A stretch of 64,000 nt of DNA from Vicugna vicugna (GCA_013265495.1 MU058463.1:2565523-2629522); one strand, 5' to 3'; positions 25,861 to 38,760 are shown, counted from the first letter of the stretch. Numbers and translations are program-made. The notes: a model not told the origin generated them from the sequence alone.

Positions 25861-27789
25861 AAACAGATTAGGGAGGAGTTAAGCCTCTGCTGACACACGC
25901 AGATGCATGATATAAAATCAGGGTTCTTGTTTCAGGGAAGACAGAAGGAAGCATTCGAAGAGACAACTATTAGTGCCTGCTCAGAATGCAGGGAGAGGTT
26001 AATGTTCAGCTTCTTATATTGAAAGAACAGGATTGTGCAGCAAGAATCAAACCTTGTGCGCCAGATTATCTGAACAAATGATCTGAATTTCTTCATTGGC
26101 TCTCTTGGTGTGCCTTTAGGCAGCTTTAGCAAGTCTGATTGTAGTTTCCTACAAAGGAGGTGTAGACTGGAAAAGGATGGAGAGGGAGACAGTCCTTTTT
26201 GGCCCCAGGAGATTGTGGGAAGAAGGAGAGAGGGAGAAGGCAAGTGAGACTGGAGATGTCATCCTTTTTCCCTCCTTGGGATTGGCTTGGGGAAGCGGCA
26301 GTGGTGTGGTGTGGTGGTGGCGGGGCACTGGCATTAACCAACCATCAGGAGATGGTGAGAGGGTGAGGCCCGCATTTCATTCCCCTATTTGGAATTCCGA
26401 GTGGAGACTGCTCTGCACAGAGCCGCATCGCGTGGGGAGCAGTGTGTTTTGACACAAGATCTCCCTGGCGCTCGAGGTTTTCTCAGTTTAACACTGTAGA
26501 AGCTAAGCTGGTGCACAGGCGGCCAGCCTTGAGGACAGTACTGCAGGGGGCTCTTCATGAGCCAGGGGATCAGACAGCGGACGTGGAGGAGACTCAGTGT
26601 TTTCCCAGGAGCCAAAAGAATAAAGCAGAAGTTCACCATCTGTGGGACGCCCAGTTGACAGATGGACTCTTGACACAGCAGAAGCGTGCAGTGCCATCGG
26701 GGCACATCAAGGACCAGCATGTCTGCCGCTGCCAGCCTCCATTCTCCTGCACTGCCGTGAAGCCACATGCCCCTTCCTCTTTATAGGTGGAGGCTAGATT
26801 TGGGAGAGAAGCAAGGGAGGTGTTAGTATCGGAGAGTCTGAACTGACCAAGATGAAGTGTGAGTTAACACTACCACCCTTCCACATTGTCTGCAGACCCT
26901 GAGGACAATCAGTCTTCGTAAGTGTGCTAGCTTCTTCCTTGGAGTCTTGGTTCCTCCAGCGTAGTATGACATGTGAGATAAAAGCATGTTTACAACGCAT
27001 CTGCTCAGCAAAAGAAGGAGAAAAGTGTTTAACAAATCTATATAATATCTACTCTTTCCTGATAAGAATATTGTGTTTCTTCCTATTTATAAGGAAAGGA
27101 TATTTATTACTAATACAGCATAGCAACTTAATAAAAGGAAGTGTTTGTGCTAAGGAAGTGCTTACTTAGGAAGTATTTTCTGAGATAAGGCCTAATTCTT
27201 CAATTGCCATTAATTTGTACCCAATTAAAAGGAGGCATTAAAAACTATAGTGAGTATAAATGAAGAAATCAAGGTGGTGAAGAATCTGGAAACCCTGGGG
27301 AGTTTCACCGACAAATGATGAGACAGTGGTGAAAAACTACTGGCCACAAATATAAAAAAGGGTTATGTTGATAAAATCAGATCATCAACACAAATATGCT
27401 TTACAGGCTGTAAAGTGTCATGAAGATGTTGGCTTTTTCTATCTTATTTTCTGGAGTTCCAGATGGCAGAAGCAGATCCAATGGGTCAAAAGTATGAGGA
27501 AGTAGCCTGCATCTCCATACTTAAAATTGTGAGCTGTCTAACAGAGAAATGTGCTACTTTAAAAATGGCAGCTGAACGTGTTCAAGGGCGGGATGGATTT
27601 GTCTTGAAGGCTCCTGTAAGGCTCTAAGTCTCTGCAATTCCAGGAAATGGATTTCCTAACTTTCTTGGTTCATTTGTGGGTCTTTTCCTCCTGAAATTAA
27701 AGAGGTGAAATGATTTACTCCAGGGCATGTATCTGGTAAGTGGTGGGTTTTCCCACCTATGAAGACAAGTGAACACAGTTTCTAGTTGC

Positions 27790-27905
27790 TCAGAGTACAG
27801 GCGTCGGCCAGCAGCTGCAGCCTCACCTGGGAGCGTGTTAAATGCAGAACCAGGCCCCCCCGCCCCCGTGAGTCTGCACGCACACGAAGGTGGGAGAAGC
27901 ACTGA
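27790..27905. mobile_element. MER5A-like hAT DNA transposon fossil
   Basis: ccagcagc...cacctgggagcgtgttaaatgcagaa...gggagaagcactg. Confidence 0.65.
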
Positions 27906-28125
27906 GTTAGATGCTAGGGGACCTGCTGTAAGCACGCTCGCAGGGGCGGGAGCTCACAGACCCGGGAGACCAGAGCTCTCAGATCCAGAGCATCTTCAGT
28001 TCAGACTCTGTCAGGACAAGTAACCCAGACCTCTCAGTGAACCCAGGGCATTTGTTTTGGGTTAAAATCAGTGGTGCCCATTGTAAGGACGAATACAAAT
28101 CAAAAATAAGAGGCTTAATTCTTCT

Positions 28126-28792
28126 CGTTGGAAATAAGGCAAGAGATTCCCCTCCCCATTTTTCTCAGAGCATTTACCTTAGAAAACTTGTAATTGCACA
28201 TACTTTTTCATCTCTTTGAAATACATAGGAATCCTTTGGGAAACTAGATAGGCCTTTTGTCAGCTTTCTGACCTGAGTGTCTTTCTCAAACAACAGAGGA
28301 ACCATCTCTTTAAACATCAGTAGAGACAGCGCCCCCATCTCCGTCCCTGTGGGAGGGTAGGGGCCTAACTTCGTGGTGCTTTGTTCCAAGCTGCAAAGCT
28401 ACTTCCCGTCATGAAGAGATGAGTAGGGTGTTTTTCCTCCGGAAAAAGTCAATTACCCAACACGAATGATCACCCCAACCACCAGGTGAAGTTAGGATGA
28501 ACTACTGTGATAAATGGTGCTGTCAAGTCTCTGACTTGAGGACTGGTAACTGTTTACCTTGAGAACAGGTAAGCAATGGGTTGTGTCCACTTGGCTATAT
28601 AAGCAGGAGTGAGGTGGGGGAGGGGCAGATCCTTTTCTGTCTTTGCATCTCTTAGTGGATTTCCTGTGATGCGTGTTGCTTTCTGGTTTAATGCTGATTC
28701 TATAATAAAAGTGTTTCCTTTCTCTACTGACCTTGTGAAAAGGTTTTCTGTGTTGGAAGAGGATTCTATTTTTTAAATATATTTCCCCAACA
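28126..28792 (+). mobile_element. ERV1-class solo LTR (MER34/MER39-like)
   Basis: (c)gttgg...ccaaca inverted termini, TATA-like tatataa (~28596), aataaa (~28704) and the family motif gagcatttaccttagaaaacttgtaattg. Confidence 0.8.
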
Positions 28793-29168
28793 TCATACTG
28801 TTATACTGATAAATTATTAAGTATCTTACCTATTCGTCCTACACTTCCATATGCCGTAACCCCTCTCTCCCTCCCTCCCTTCTTCCCTCTCCAGCTGTCC
28901 TTCATCTTTTCTTTTTATTTTACTTATTCTTTTTTTTCCCCAAATTGGCATGTAAACCTGTTCTCCAGCAAAATCATTCTGTATAGATGGGGGAGTACAT
29001 TTATGAAAGGATCATGTCACAGATGACCTGATAAAAGGTGACGATAGGGACTCAAACAATTAAAACACTGGTTTAATCCAAAGTGTGCTTTTCTTTGCAG
29101 TGAGGAAGTTTTAGTACTTGAGAATTTGGAACAAAGGAAGTATCCTTCACAAAAGAAAGTGTTTATTT

Positions 29169-29313
29169 TTATTTATTTTTTTGAGTAAAAGTAGGCTTAT
29201 TTAGAGAGATGTACATGGTGGGGCCAGGGGCTGGTGATCAAAATAAAGGTAGATACACACTCCATAGACAGAGTGTAGGTCATCTCGGAAGGCAAGAGAG
29301 AGAAAAGGACCAG
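29169..29313 (-). mobile_element. Polyadenylated retrocopy of a MER41-like LTR U3/R end
   Basis: Minus strand matches the repeat unit and R region of the LTR at 40065-40668, then poly(A); TSD gaaagtgtttattt (29155-29168) vs gaaggtattcattt (29314-29327). Confidence 0.75.
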
Positions 29314-29825
29314 GAAGGTATTCATTTGGGGAAGCTGGTAAATGTAAAAAATACGAGCTTCTAATTCAGAGAGGTATCAGGTTGGAAACTGTAAAATGCT
29401 CTTAGTATAGTATGGTATAATATAGTATGATGTTGTATTTATCATATTATACTTCTTTGTAATCAGTCATATATATTTGTGTGTATCTATATCTGTCTAT
29501 CTATCTGCCTATCAATCCTCAAAAGCCATTTTATTTGTCCTTTTTAGGATGGGAAAAACATTCATTTGAATATGGTGACAAATTCCATGTGTTAGTAGAA
29601 TGGAGAAATGCAAATTATTACCATTGCTCATTTCCAAGGCATCATTCTTTGGTTATAAAACCTACCCCAAGAACATATTAGCAAAACAGTCTATTTAAAA
29701 GTACTCATTAAACAAAAACACAGAACCTCTATAATGGATTTAAACAAGTGATAGTATGATTCTGTTTCCATTGACACGATGTAGGAATTTCTGAGCTAAT
29801 ATGGCTCCCTAAATCTTCGGTGGGG

Positions 29826-30025
29826 CTAGATAAACAAGTTCATGCTGTATAGCTCAGGGAACTGTGTTCAATATCTTGTAGTAACTTATGGTGAAAAAGA
29901 GTATGAAAATGAACATATGTATGTTCATGTATGACTGAAGCATTGTGCTGTATACTAGAAATTGACACACCATTGTAAACTGACTATACTTCAATAAATA
30001 TATATATATACAAAAAAAAAAAAAA
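29826..30025 (+). mobile_element. Young L1 3' end with poly(A) (camelid-type)
   Basis: agataaacaag...ctagaaattgacacaccattgtaaactgactatacttcaataaa followed by an A-tail; same family as 51514-51908. Confidence 0.9.
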
Positions 30026-33000
30026 CTGTGGGGAGGAAGTTCGTGGGAGGAGCCACCCAGCTTGTGCTGGAATCCGGATACTGCTGTGTCCCTGAGCGTT
30101 GCAACAAGCTATAGCAGCAGTAGTCCTGATGAATACTCTCCTTTGACAGTATCAATAAATACTTAACCTTTTGAAGCCAAAATGTGCATCTGAAATAAAC
30201 ACTGAAATCTCTCTTAATTCTCTCCTAAGTCTTAGACTTTGAAACTGTTTGCACAAGACCGTGACTTTAATTTCTGAACGTTACCTTTTTCACCCTGATG
30301 TTTCGACACTGTCCTGGCCAGGGAGTCATGAAGCAACGTCTGGTATATGAATAAATACAAATACAACCTTACATTTTGCATAACCACAGCTATCACCGCA
30401 CATGGGACAGGACTATTTAGGACTGTCTGAGGTCTACTGAAGAATTCTATTTTTACTGCAAATTCAAAGCTATCTGGTGTTACTTTTCTTAATTAAGCTG
30501 GGCTGATCTCACAATTCAAAAGGCTTCATTTTTTTTTCCTGCTTAAATTAAACTCCCTGTGCAATGCAGTGACCAAAACAAATAATCTATGACCTACAAA
30601 CAAGACACTTGCATTCCCTGAAGAATTACGCTCTCGTTTCCTCTAGGTTATACATCTTTGAACCTCTCTTTGCTGTAACGACCTTCTGGTGCTCATTAGC
30701 AAGCTGATTACCATTAACACAGCTATAATGCAGCAATTTTCTTGGTGTATGTCGAGGAGAAATGCTCATCTGAATGCAGTCAGGGGACAAAATTAACTGC
30801 ATAAATCTACAGCGCAAACTGGATCGCGTCCAACTTTGCACGAGTCGTCCTCCCTCTCCTAGTTGTGACATCACCACCCAGATTCCCACTGACGGCTTAA
30901 TAAGTATCTCAGGGTTTCATATTTAATTTCCTTTCATCTCCGTATATTACATTTCAACTTAATTTCGGGAGTGCCTGAAATTACCTTATTACCATGTCTC
31001 GTAATATGTATTTACCTTTAATCTTTTAACTATGTCCCTTAATGGCTCTTTTATGTGATTCAGAGCTACTTTACTTTTTACATCTTTGTTTCACATTTGT
31101 ATCTTTTAAAAAATGCTGGCTAATAGAGGAGGATTTCAGTACACACACACTGATTCATCTATGGGGCTAGGAATGAGATTGGGATATGCATGTATTTTAG
31201 GAGGAAGGCATAACTATTACTCTTTTGCAAGAGAGAAGTCTATGAATAGTCACGAAAGGAAGTGAAGTTTTAATGAAGAGAGCAAGACCTGGATTCTTTT
31301 CTTGTCACCGTCACAACCATCCAACGGTTCCTTGACAACTCTGGTCTCCAAGCATGAACTGAAGATTGCTGACTCTTAGCTTGTAGGTTATGAGCTGACA
31401 GGAGAGCTCCTGGGACCCTCTGAAATTCTTTTCCTGGATTGTTCTTTGAGGATAGTATCTTAAACACTATAGCCAAAGAACAAACAGCACTGGGGAGATG
31501 GTAAAATTTGGTTTCCTTAATGTTTACATACTAGAACAATAGGAAATGTATCGGAGTCAAAATCACTATTAAAATGAAACAAGAAAAATAAAATAAAAGC
31601 AGTAATCTCAAAGGGTTAATATAGTTTCCCAGGATTTGGGACTGATTCCTAAAGAGAAAGTCATCTTTTTAAGCAAAATAGCGCAACAAATGCCAATGGT
31701 CGTGTGTACACTGTTCAGAACACACTGCTAAATTCTCGGCAACCAAGAGAGTGGTCCAGATTTGCTGCACAGCAATCAGAAGTCGTCTGCCCCAAACTAA
31801 ACATCTGTAAACTGGCATGTGTCTAGATTGGGAAAGTTCAGCATAAATGCTTATCTTTTCCCCTAGAATTGCTTAATTACTCATTCATCCATGCTTTCTG
31901 ACTCATTCAGTATTAGCAATGTGAAAAAGGTGCTGTAGCTGCTCATTGGAGGGAGAAATTAATCCAGCTTCTGCCCTCTGGCAATGGTGAGGGACACAAC
32001 AGAAGGCTGTGGAGTAAGTAGTGTCCAAAAAAAAAAAGATACTTGGATTAGATTTTCAAGATGGAGCAAAACTACCCTGGGCTGAGAAGGAGGGGAAGAC
32101 CTTCCAGGCTGAGCCAAGGCAGGAATCCGTGATCTGGCCCGATTCACGTGGGGTCTCTGGTGTCACAGGACCGTGAGGACCTATCCAAGGAACTTCAACA
32201 CACTTTTCCTTCAGAAGCTCCCCTGTCATTTTGTTCTCTCATCTTAATAGTATATCATCTAGGGTAAGGGAAACTTATGCTGTATTTAATCCAGTACGAG
32301 CTGGGATGATGGCAGGACCCTGGGTTTTGGAGTTGCAGATATGAATGGCTTCACGGGGACTTCCAAATGCGAGAAGGCACTTGAAGGAATCTCAGCCTCC
32401 TGTGGGGCCCGACTGAGCCTCTGAGCAGCTGCTAGTTTATGTCCTTGAAATGATGTCTGTTAAGGAAAATTCTTTTGTACATAGTCCCAAATGCTGAAGG
32501 TTTTCTTCCCAGATTAAAAAAAAAAAAAACCTTTTATATCACAGACCAAAGTAATAGAACCCCCTTATATTTTCACTTGGGGGATCAGATGTTCCTTTTT
32601 AAAATAGAAAAACTAGAACTTCCCTTTTCTATTATAATGGTAGTGTATGTTCATTTTAAAAACTACTAACTACAGGTAAACAAAGGAGAACAAAATAATC
32701 CATCTGCATTTTATTACCTAGAAATAGTTAATGTTTAAATTCTCGGAGATCATATATTATTTAATCTTTACACAGATAGCATTCTACTTTTCTACAGAGC
32801 TTTTAATCTGTTTTTATCATGTTTTTATCAGAAATAAGTGTTTCTCCAATATAATTGTAATGGCTATTTAGTATTTTAATGTAAGACTGTGTCATAATTT
32901 ATTATAACCAATTTCATATTCTTGTTCATTTAGCTTATTTTTTTGAACTTCTGATACATAGTTTCTAATTTTGCGTAAGTTAATAATTCTTAAGATGAAG

Positions 33001-33899
33001 TTCTGGAAGTGGAATGTTTCAATTTACCAATATACTGAGTTTAAAGGCAGTTGATAAGTATTACAAGTTACTGACCACAAAAGATATAACACTTTACCAA
33101 ACTTTTATGAAACTATCTATGTCCCGGTATTTTTGCTAACACTAGACAATGCTACTTTTAATTGCCTGTTTGATACCCCCCAACTCTTTTTTAAAGAACA
33201 GGCTTTAACAGGGAGGGAAAATTTGAGCATTAGAGGAGAAAGAACTGGGGAGAATGAAAGTCCAGACAGAAAGAAGGGTGAGAGAGTCTGGGAAGGCACC
33301 CTGCCTGGACTATGTTTTTGCCTGGGGCTAGCCCTGAGTTGCAAGATGTGTATTCTGCATTTTATCCAAGAGGTCCTGACATATTTATTGAGGGTTCTCA
33401 AAACAACAGCAACAACAACAATAACAACAGACTTTGATGATTTTCCCCGCTTCTCTACAAACATGTCCTTTCCTTCTCATTGGAGTTGCCTCCTCCATTG
33501 CAGCATTAAGGGCAAGTACCAGAGGTCAGGCTTCGGCATCTCTGCAGGGGGATCTATGCCCTCTCCAAAGTCCCGTATAAATGGGGCCACAGAGATGCCA
33601 CTTCTGTAAGCAAGATTACCTCTTGCATTTTTGAGATGTTAATTTTTTATTTATTTGATGACACAAAGAAACTGGCATTTTCATGAAGTAGATTATTGGA
33701 GTGATCATGGAAATAAAGCCAACAAAAGGGACTTTTTTTTAAAATAATGTTTTTAGGGAAGTCACCTTATTCACTTATAATTTACCAAATCATAAACCCG
33801 GAGCTGAGAATGAAGAAAGGGCTTCTGCCTTGAGGATGCTCTAAGTTGTGGGTAGTGGTGGTGTGTAGTTAGGAGGACTGGCTACAGTGTAGTGTGAGG

Positions 33900-34140
33900 T
33901 AGTTGGAGGACTGGCTGCGAGGCAGAGACCTGAGCTACAGCCCACTCACATAACCCTCTAGCTCCGTAACTTCGGTGAGTGCCTTCATCTTCTTATACTC
34001 AGTGTCTCACCTGTAACGTAGAGGTAATAAAAGTCTCCTCAGAAGGTGTAAGGATTAAACGACCTATAAAGTACTATATATATATCTATAAAGTACTTAG
34101 CAAAACATCTAGCTCATAATAAGTGGTCAATAAACAGTAG
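33900..34140 (+). mobile_element. MIR SINE
   Basis: ctcagtgtctcacctgtaacgtagaggtaataa...aggattaaa...aagtacttagc...tcaataaac. Confidence 0.7.
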
Positions 34141-35610
34141 ATATGTAGCAGACTGAGAATCTGGTCACCTCACTCATGGGTTAACATTGTGTGAAATGGA
34201 CAGACTACATTCTATTAACTATTCCTTTATAGTTTTAAAATGTTCATGAAGGATAAAAATGAGACAGAAAAAGACATGCACAAATCTGTTACATTCTCAC
34301 ACAGAAGGAAAGATACAATGTAAGCCATTGTCCTGCTATTTTACCAAGATTTTTTTAGCCCATTTTAACCAGAAAATTTATCTTGGTTGGAGCAGAATGT
34401 AACAGATTTTTTTCTTTTCTTTTTCTTTTTTCTTTTTTTTTTTTTTTTTTTAACTCCTCAGTTCCTGTAGGCTTCTTGGATTGAGTTGAAAGACGGCTGA
34501 TTTCTTTTTCCAGGGAGCAAGTAAGGTGATACCCGCTATACCATAGATTTACGAATAGGTTTTTAATACCAAGATCCATTGATATCTTGGGAAAGTGAGA
34601 CTTCTGGCCAAATGACAAATCAGATCTTAGAAAATGAATCTAGATACAAAAACGATTTAACAGCAGGCTGGAAACAATTAGTGACCAATTCAATGATATC
34701 TGTCTCTGGATTAATCAAGGTTACTGAAGATGGTGTAAGGAATGGCTGGATCCCCAAATATCTTGTTTATCCTTTTTATCTTGGCCCAGTGCCTTGCAGA
34801 GTTCACTTATACAGGCATTCAACAGCTACTCATTTCTAATTAACTTAAATGCATTATATTTCATTTTATTACCATCCCTTTAATACGATATTTTGATATT
34901 TCAGTATAGAAAGAGTGGAGTGTTATGTATATACCAACCAGTTTAGTGTTTAATTTTAGGAACAGGTAGTTGTTTTAATCAAGAATCCATTCTCCAAAGA
35001 TGGTAAGCTAAGATTTTATCAGATGAGCCACATTCCACAAATGGCCACCCCAAAGTATGTAGAAAACTATACACGTGCCAACTCACACTTCAGGTGATCT
35101 TAAATGACACAGTGATCAAAAATAGGTTGTTGCTGATTAAGTTAGTAGCTTGTTATTTCCTCTGTTTAATGGGCTCTCACTGTGAAGTTAACGTGTACAA
35201 AACATGTGAAATGTCTAAAATATTCACAGGATGCTCCTCCCATGCTTTGTTCCTTTCTCATGAACTCAGATTAAGAATCCAGCAATGTCTTAGCCAGGAC
35301 CTTTAGGCACAGGGCACGAAGCCCCAGACGGCCCTGAGCTCAGCCACTGGCTCAGGAGGACTGCCGCTCACCTGATTTCAACCAAAAGAATAACAGGAAT
35401 TTGCTTCTAGAATTCAGTCACATCTCATGATGGCCCAAAGGTACACTGAGTTCACAGAACAGATCGGATGAAGTATGTTGAGGCTTACTTGCTAATGAAA
35501 GCTTATTTAATAAATGTCTGAATGTGTGGCAGATTTGGGCTTGAAGTGGTTTTCACCGACAAAGCTGTGTGTGCAGGAGCGGCAACGGAATCCTCCCCCA
35601 CCTCGGATTT

Positions 35611-35645
35611 CTGCAGGGGCTACTGCGGACTGCAGGGGGCGCCAG
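35611..35645 (+). promoter_or_regulatory. Candidate CTCF site (core plus upstream TGCAG module)
   Basis: Core actgcagggggcgc (35629-35642) matches CCASYAGRKGGCRS; TGCAG starts at 35612, the spacing expected for the ZF9-11 module; CpGs retained locally. Confidence 0.65.
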
Positions 35646-35710
35646 AGCTGTGCGCGACCACACTGACTTACGTAAGACTCATGGTGTTCTTGCTTGCTCT
35701 GTACTATGGC

Positions 35711-35771
<61 letters not shown>
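35711..35771. repeat. (TAT)n microsatellite, about 20 units
   Basis: Perfect trinucleotide run. Confidence 0.98.
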
Positions 35772-36159
35772 TCTTCTGATTTCTGGGGGGAATCCCTACT
35801 TGCTCAGACATGTTTGGTGCAGATTATGTAGATCAGTCCACCATCCCCAGTTAGCATTGCTATTAGATTTATTATTTTTTTTAATTTAGATAGTACATTC
35901 TCTTTCTTTCCTCTGAGTGTACTAGACCCAGGGATGTTCAGTTATGATGGATGTGGACTATCTCGCCTTCAATTTTCCCCCAAGGAAATGTTGGCGGAGG
36001 GGGAGAAATGGCTTCCCCTCCGTGCCCAAAGGCTGCGGTGCAGGGATAGAACCAGTCATATGACCCGAAACAGTGGGGCGGGGGGCGAGGAAAGGCCAGA
36101 GCGGTGAGCAGAGTGTTGGCCGTGGTGGGGATTTGGAGGGGATAAGAGGAAAGCTCTTC

Positions 36160-36390
36160 TCTAATAACAGTAGCTACTTTCATGGCGGCTGTTAACTGAG
36201 GGCTTCACAGGTGTAAGACCCTGTGGTTAACGTCCAGCACAGATTCTGAAATAGTCATTTAAAATCTGAGGTGCTTATTATTAGCCTTCTTTTTCCTCTG
36301 AGACTCAGATGCTAAGTAGTCTGCTCGTAAGTGGTGGCAATGGAAATCAACCCCGGCTCTCTGAGATTCTGCAACCCGTAGGTCTGCTGT
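36160..36390 (-). mobile_element. MIR SINE (decayed)
   Basis: aataacagtagctac...ttattattagcc...tgagactcagatgctaagtagtctgctc...aaccccggctct. Confidence 0.6.
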
Positions 36391-37862
36391 CCAGCTGACC
36401 AGAAACACTCCTTCAGGCCCTCTAGGCTTTCTTTTTTCATCCATTCAAGAATAGAGGTTTTGACTTACTTTGGAGACAGTTCTAGACGTTTACACATACA
36501 TCATTCTTTATTTCATATTCTTTCAGTAATTCGATTACTGAATTCCACACTTCCTTCTGCTGATACTTCTAAAGATTTTCTACCTGGGAAGGGAAAGGAA
36601 GCGAGTCTCCCGTCTTTCCTGTGACCCTCGGCACAATTTGAATATTTTGGATGCGCTCCTGCTTGCAGAAATGTTAAGAGCAGATCATGTAGATCAATCT
36701 ACCATCCCAGATGTGGATGAAAATATTCCCTTTTCTTCCTTTTTTAGAAAGGAAATGGGTAATCATGCTTCTGATAGGAATATTGGAAAACATAAGCAAA
36801 TGAAAAGAGGCATCACTTAGCGGATACCGCTGTAATATTTTTGGAATATGTATCCCTTAGATTTTTTCCCCCCTGGTGCATATACAGTAGCAGAATTAAA
36901 TCACATTATGGGTACTATTTGACAATCTGTCTCTTATTAACAACTTCATATAAACATCTGTGTCACTAAATATAAACGTGAACTACAAACAGTCTTAATT
37001 TAAGAATTATAATTTGCTTCAATATAATGTCTGCCCCTCACTCCAGGAACTCTTAAAACTCTTTTCACTATAACTGTTGGAGGGATATGCATGACATTGT
37101 CACTTGAGAGAAAAAACAAGTTGTTTATCCAATGTATCCAGACTATTCGTTCCCAGCACTGTTCGACAGGGACTGTGTATTTTCAGCAAAAGTACTGACA
37201 CAACTTGAAAATCAGCTTCTCCTTGATCGTCACAAATGGCGTAACCGAAGCCGTCTGATGCTGCTCTTGTGTAAATTTTGTTACATTTTGTTCTGGGAAC
37301 GGGGTCAATATGGTGACAGATCGAAGCTGGGGCACTTCGGCCGCTGTGAAATCAATGCTGCTCTGCATTTCTTTCATCTATAGGCTCCGGAGGACCACAC
37401 TTAGACTCAACTCTGCATTCGTGTTTTGGGAAACATTTCTCTAAAAAGTGGATATTAACTCTTTGATATCTGATAGAAGTAGCCAGCAGCCCCTCCTCCT
37501 TCAAAATCAGAGAATTATAAACGATCAACAAATCACCTTTCATCATGTTATTTCCTAGCTGTCTGTGGTATTCTATCCCCTGCCCTCTCTTTGTGCATCT
37601 CGTGATTCTGATGGTTAATCTTAAGAAATCAATATGCAAATATAGCCATCTCCACAGTACAGGTTTTTAAAATCTCAGTTCTCTACTGATGATACTCAAA
37701 TAAGACAGGAAATCCTGCAAGTTAAAAAAAACAAAAACAAACAGAAACTCACCCCAAGGCAAACGAAAATACCTAAAGGAATTCAGGTTTTTATCCGCCA
37801 ACTTAAGAGGAAGGCAAAGGCACCTCGTGGATCCTGCCTTCCCCTGGTGTTCAGTCTCTCAG

Positions 37863-37943
37863 GCCCTCCTCGGTTTTCTGAACCAAGAGACACTGGAGGG
37901 AAATAGGAAGTTGAAACATATTAATATGTCAAAGTGTGGAAAG
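37863..37943 (+). other. Candidate exon (phase 0-0, ALLGFLNQETLEGNRKLKHINMSKCGK)
   Basis: gtctctcag acceptor, consensus AAG|gtgagt donor, 81 nt open. Confidence 0.3.
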
Positions 37944-38400
37944 GTGAGTCTCAGCATTTCCCATGTGGGTGTATTTTGATTTCATGTCGATTTGTTTATT
38001 TTCTCTGTTACCTGGAACTTTAGAGCTGAACCTGAAAGTGCAGAGGATCCTGACTGAAATGCTAAATTACTCTTTCAGCGGCTGTGGTTTAACACAGTCT
38101 AGCACTGCAGCACGCAAAGCATCCGTGGCAGAGGACAGTTTCTTTATTTACCCGTCTGTTTTTATTCCCCAACCTATTACAGACTGATGCTTTGGTAAAA
38201 TACAAAATGTTCTTGGTTGTCATAGCAATGCCAAATTGCTATGAAAATTTTATACACTTACTGTCAATTTCTGTACTGGTTTAGTGGACCAAGCATCAGT
38301 CTGAAAGCTTAGAGAGTGGTACCCATCTCTATTTGGATGCCAAGAAGTTCAAATGACACAGTTAGGTCATGTAACTTTTCTAGGACTCTATTTTTTTCAG

Positions 38401-38597
38401 GTTTTAAGTTTCTCGGGGTTGTTTCAGAATCACATGGGATGTTAGATTCTAAAGCAGCTTTGATTAAAAATGTTTCAAGTTCTGTGCCTAACCTGATGGG
38501 ACAATTGGCTGCCAGCACATTTGATAACCAGGAGCAACTTCACTGTTACCTTTTCTCAACATTTCCTGTGGAAATTCATTTTTCAGCTGAGCTCCTG
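38401..38597 (+). other. Candidate exon (phase 1-0, FKFLGVVSESHGMLDSK...IHFSAELL)
   Basis: tatttttttcag acceptor, CTG|gtagga donor, 65 open codons. Confidence 0.3.
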
Positions 38598-38760
38598 GTA
38601 GGAACCATTAATAACATAAAACTAAGAACACACACATACACACACAGACATACATAGTATAGCCATCATAGATATGTGACCATCAGAGACAATTATGCAA
38701 GAAACCTGAATGAATCTAAGGGTCATGAAATTCGCTGTGTCTTTTGTTAAGTTCTTATAG

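Noticed and set aside
25935..26160. Exon-like segment after a ttgtttcag acceptor
   Set aside because: Stops in all frames, and it abuts an MLT1 fragment that may extend into it
33133..33609. 158-aa ORF
   Set aside because: Non-ATG start, includes an (AAC)n-like run, no recognisable homology
35522..35889. ORFs with poly-Tyr and poly-Leu tracts
   Set aside because: Translation of the (TAT)n microsatellite
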